A DNA stretch of 60,258 nucleotides from a virus (lineage: Duplodnaviria; Caudoviricetes): positions 1 to 60,258 of the IMG/VR virus record IMGVR_UViG_3300009167_000009. One strand, 5' to 3'. A program made the translations under genes and the position numbers. Shown piece after piece: positions 58,312-60,258 of the stretch (position 1 is its first letter; the number at the start of each line of letters is the position of its first letter). Under the pieces are notes generated by a model, which worked only from the letters and a program-made list of their open reading frames with translations, ran no database searches and was not told the origin of the DNA.

Positions 58312-58968
58312 ATGGCACTCACGGGCATCCAGCAAGAAGTTCAACGGTTATTCCGTGAGTCCAACCAGTCGTCTCTGGGCGGAGGGGCGGTCAACGTATC
58401 TGGTATGAAGCTGACGGTTGAGAATATCGACAAGTTGATGAAGGGCATCGTCATGCAGTGCGCATTTCAAAGCCGTGCCGGTGCCGACGCCATTCTTGCT
58501 CGTGCCGAACATTACTGTCCTGTCGATACGACGGCATTGGTTAACACGGGGACAGTCCGAAGTTCGGATGCCATGGCGGTTCCGAAATTCTCGGGTATTG
58601 AACCAGATACCGGGGGGTCAAGTGCGGACTTCACCTTCCAGCAAAAACAGCGGACCTTGTGGTGGGTGACGTTCGGAGATGAGAACGTCGATTACGCAGC
58701 GGCCATTCACGAGAATCCTGGTGGTAGGTTTGAGATCAACAAGGGCATCAATCCTGACGCCAGGGACCACTACTTGTACTACGCGTTTGTCGAGCATGAA
58801 CCCTACATCTCGAAACGGATTGTGGACCGGATCCAGGGGCAGATTGCAAAGGCCGGGATTACGGGCGCGTCGATTGCGGCAGCAGCAGAAGCACAGGCCA
58901 AGGCCTTTGGCCGTGGATTGGGGTCTGGGATGATAGGGCCTCGGTTGGTGAAAAAGGGCGCAGTATGA
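58312..58968 (+). CDS. HK97 gp10-like neck/tail completion protein
   Basis: A...CPVDT..L and YAAAIHE motifs. Confidence 0.7.
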   Translation: MALTGIQQEVQRLFRESNQSSLGGGAVNVSGMKLTVENIDKLMKGIVMQCAFQSRAGADAILARAEHYCPVDTTALVNTGTVRSSDAMAVPKFSGIEPDTGGSSADFTFQQKQRTLWWVTFGDENVDYAAAIHENPGGRFEINKGINPDARDHYLYYAFVEHEPYISKRIVDRIQGQIAKAGITGASIAAAAEAQAKAFGRGLGSGMIGPRLVKKGAV

Positions 58969-59363
58969 GCACCCTCACTGAGCTGGGCGCATACCTGGTG
59001 ACACAAGGGATCGGTGCCCTGGGTTCGACCTTGTTCTTAGGGAACTTGCCGATGGGGGTGGCTGCGGGGGTGTCGGTCGTGATGATGAGTGCAGGATCCC
59101 CGGTTCGATCCATGGGCGCATCCTTGGGTGCGCCGGTTGCCGATACGCCCGCGTTCCAGGTGGTGGTACGGAATCCGGATCCTACGGCTGGCGAAGCGAA
59201 GGTCAGCGCCGTGATTAACGCCCTTGACTTCTACACTGGGCTTATGGGGTCTACCGCGTATCTGTTGGTTACGTTGGAGTATGGTCCGGTCTATGTCGGA
59301 CTGGACGAGAACAATCGGCATCGGTGGTCGATCACGTTTCGGGCCACGAAGAGGCGATCATGA
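58965..59363 (+). CDS. tail terminator protein (putative)
   Basis: L.AYL...G.G..G..LF, FQVVVR, GLDENNRHRWSITF. Confidence 0.7.
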   Translation: MSTLTELGAYLVTQGIGALGSTLFLGNLPMGVAAGVSVVMMSAGSPVRSMGASLGAPVADTPAFQVVVRNPDPTAGEAKVSAVINALDFYTGLMGSTAYLLVTLEYGPVYVGLDENNRHRWSITFRATKRRS

Positions 59364-59626
59364 TCGAGGACTTGATCATGAAGCAGTTGTTGGCGACACG
59401 CGCTTCGGCGGAGGCGCTGATTCAGAGCATCGACATGTTTCAGTCGTTGGTCATGGACCGTAAACCTGCCCCTGGGAAGGCACCAGCGCCTCCGCCGCCG
59501 ATGACGCTGAATGCGGACGAGTGCAGTCACCCGATTGAGCATCGGTTGCCGACCCCGACGATGGGCAATTTGCAGCGCCAGATGTGCGGCGTGTGCGGGA
59601 AGGAGATCCCCCGTGAAGACGTATAG
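59360..59626 (+). CDS. hypothetical protein
   Basis: C.H...C..C; ATGA overlap. Confidence 0.5.
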   Translation: MIEDLIMKQLLATRASAEALIQSIDMFQSLVMDRKPAPGKAPAPPPPMTLNADECSHPIEHRLPTPTMGNLQRQMCGVCGKEIPREDV

Positions 59627-59834
59627 GAACGTCGGCACGTCGACTATCGTGGTGGACGGGTCGCACGCGCCTGGGTCTGTGTTCACTGTCGAGATGCCCC
59701 CAAGCACCGAGACATTTCTCACCCAGATTGGGGCCATCGTTGAAGTGATTCCCGATCCCGACCCCGTGGTTCCGGACGCAGAAGAAGTTGTAGCCCCGCA
59801 TCGGCGTCTACACCGTAAGAAGGAGGAGCAGTAA
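59613..59834 (+). CDS. hypothetical protein
   Basis: GTG start after AAGGAG; TAATG coupling to tail tube gene. Confidence 0.5.
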   Translation: MKTYRNVGTSTIVVDGSHAPGSVFTVEMPPSTETFLTQIGAIVEVIPDPDPVVPDAEEVVAPHRRLHRKKEEQ

Positions 59835-60258
59835 TGGCCACGTTGACGATCACGGACGCCAAAATCATAGTTGGCGGCTACAACCTCAGCGGATTTCACT
59901 CGTCGTGTGAGATGACGTATGAGGTCGAGATTCTGGATGACACGACCTTCGGTACGAGCGGTACCCGGTCGGCCAAGCCCGGACTGAAGACGTTCTCGTT
60001 CACCGGCAATATGTTCTGGGACACTTCGGTGGACGAGATGCTGTTCAACCGCATCGGGGCCGTACCCGAGGTCATGAGCATCGCGCCCGTGGGCAATGCC
60101 GAAGGCGACCGGTCTTACTGCTTGAAGGGGGTGGGCGCGACCTACTCTCCGGCCAGCGGCGAGGTCGGAGCGCTGATGCGAACGAATCTGGACTGCCGGG
60201 CCTCTGGCACGCCCCTGGTCCGGGGGCAGTTGATGACTACTGGAGCCAAAGGGACCAC
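59834..60258 (+). CDS. tail tube (major tail) protein, 3'-truncated by window end
   Basis: Manual translation MATLTITDAKIIVGGYNLSG...LDDTTFG...PGLK.F...G.VGAL; open to window end. Confidence 0.75.
   Translation, partial: MATLTITDAKIIVGGYNLSGFHSSCEMTYEVEILDDTTFGTSGTRSAKPGLKTFSFTGNMFWDTSVDEMLFNRIGAVPEVMSIAPVGNAEGDRSYCLKGVGATYSPASGEVGALMRTNLDCRASGTPLVRGQLMTTGAKGT

Overview
The window is most of the genome of a high-GC tailed dsDNA phage (siphovirus-like gene order). It is cut inside the tail module: it starts in distal tail/adhesion genes and ends inside the tail tube gene. No tape measure, integrase, repressor, tRNA or CRISPR array was recognised. Layout: (i) + strand 1-11.4 kb: tail/adhesion genes and a lysis cassette. 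(ii) - strand 11.5-27.8 kb: replication and recombination genes (Toprim primase-helicase, family A DNA polymerase with an HNH-bearing intein, SSB-like protein, AAA recombinase, PD-(D/E)xK exonuclease, RuvC-like resolvase, SNF2 helicase). These are interleaved with a putative DNA-hypermodification set: Nmad1/MazG-like protein, TAGT/GREB1-like glycosyltransferase, degenerate ThyX, dUTPase-HAD fusion and a UGM-like flavoprotein. (iii) - strand 27.9-44.6 kb: many small early-type genes, bracketed by two copies of a ~200 bp palindromic origin-like element. (iv) + strand 45.1-60.3 kb: terminase, portal (one frameshift), head, neck and tail genes. The most striking signal is a 1,130 bp stretch (43527-44656) with no AG or CT dinucleotide at all. 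It covers a two-gene unit and its terminator and lies between AG/CT-dense non-coding DNA. Together with the base-modification genes, this suggests a context-specific (CT/AG) DNA modification with a modification-free, first-expressed operon. All family assignments come from motif recognition by eye; no database searches were run.
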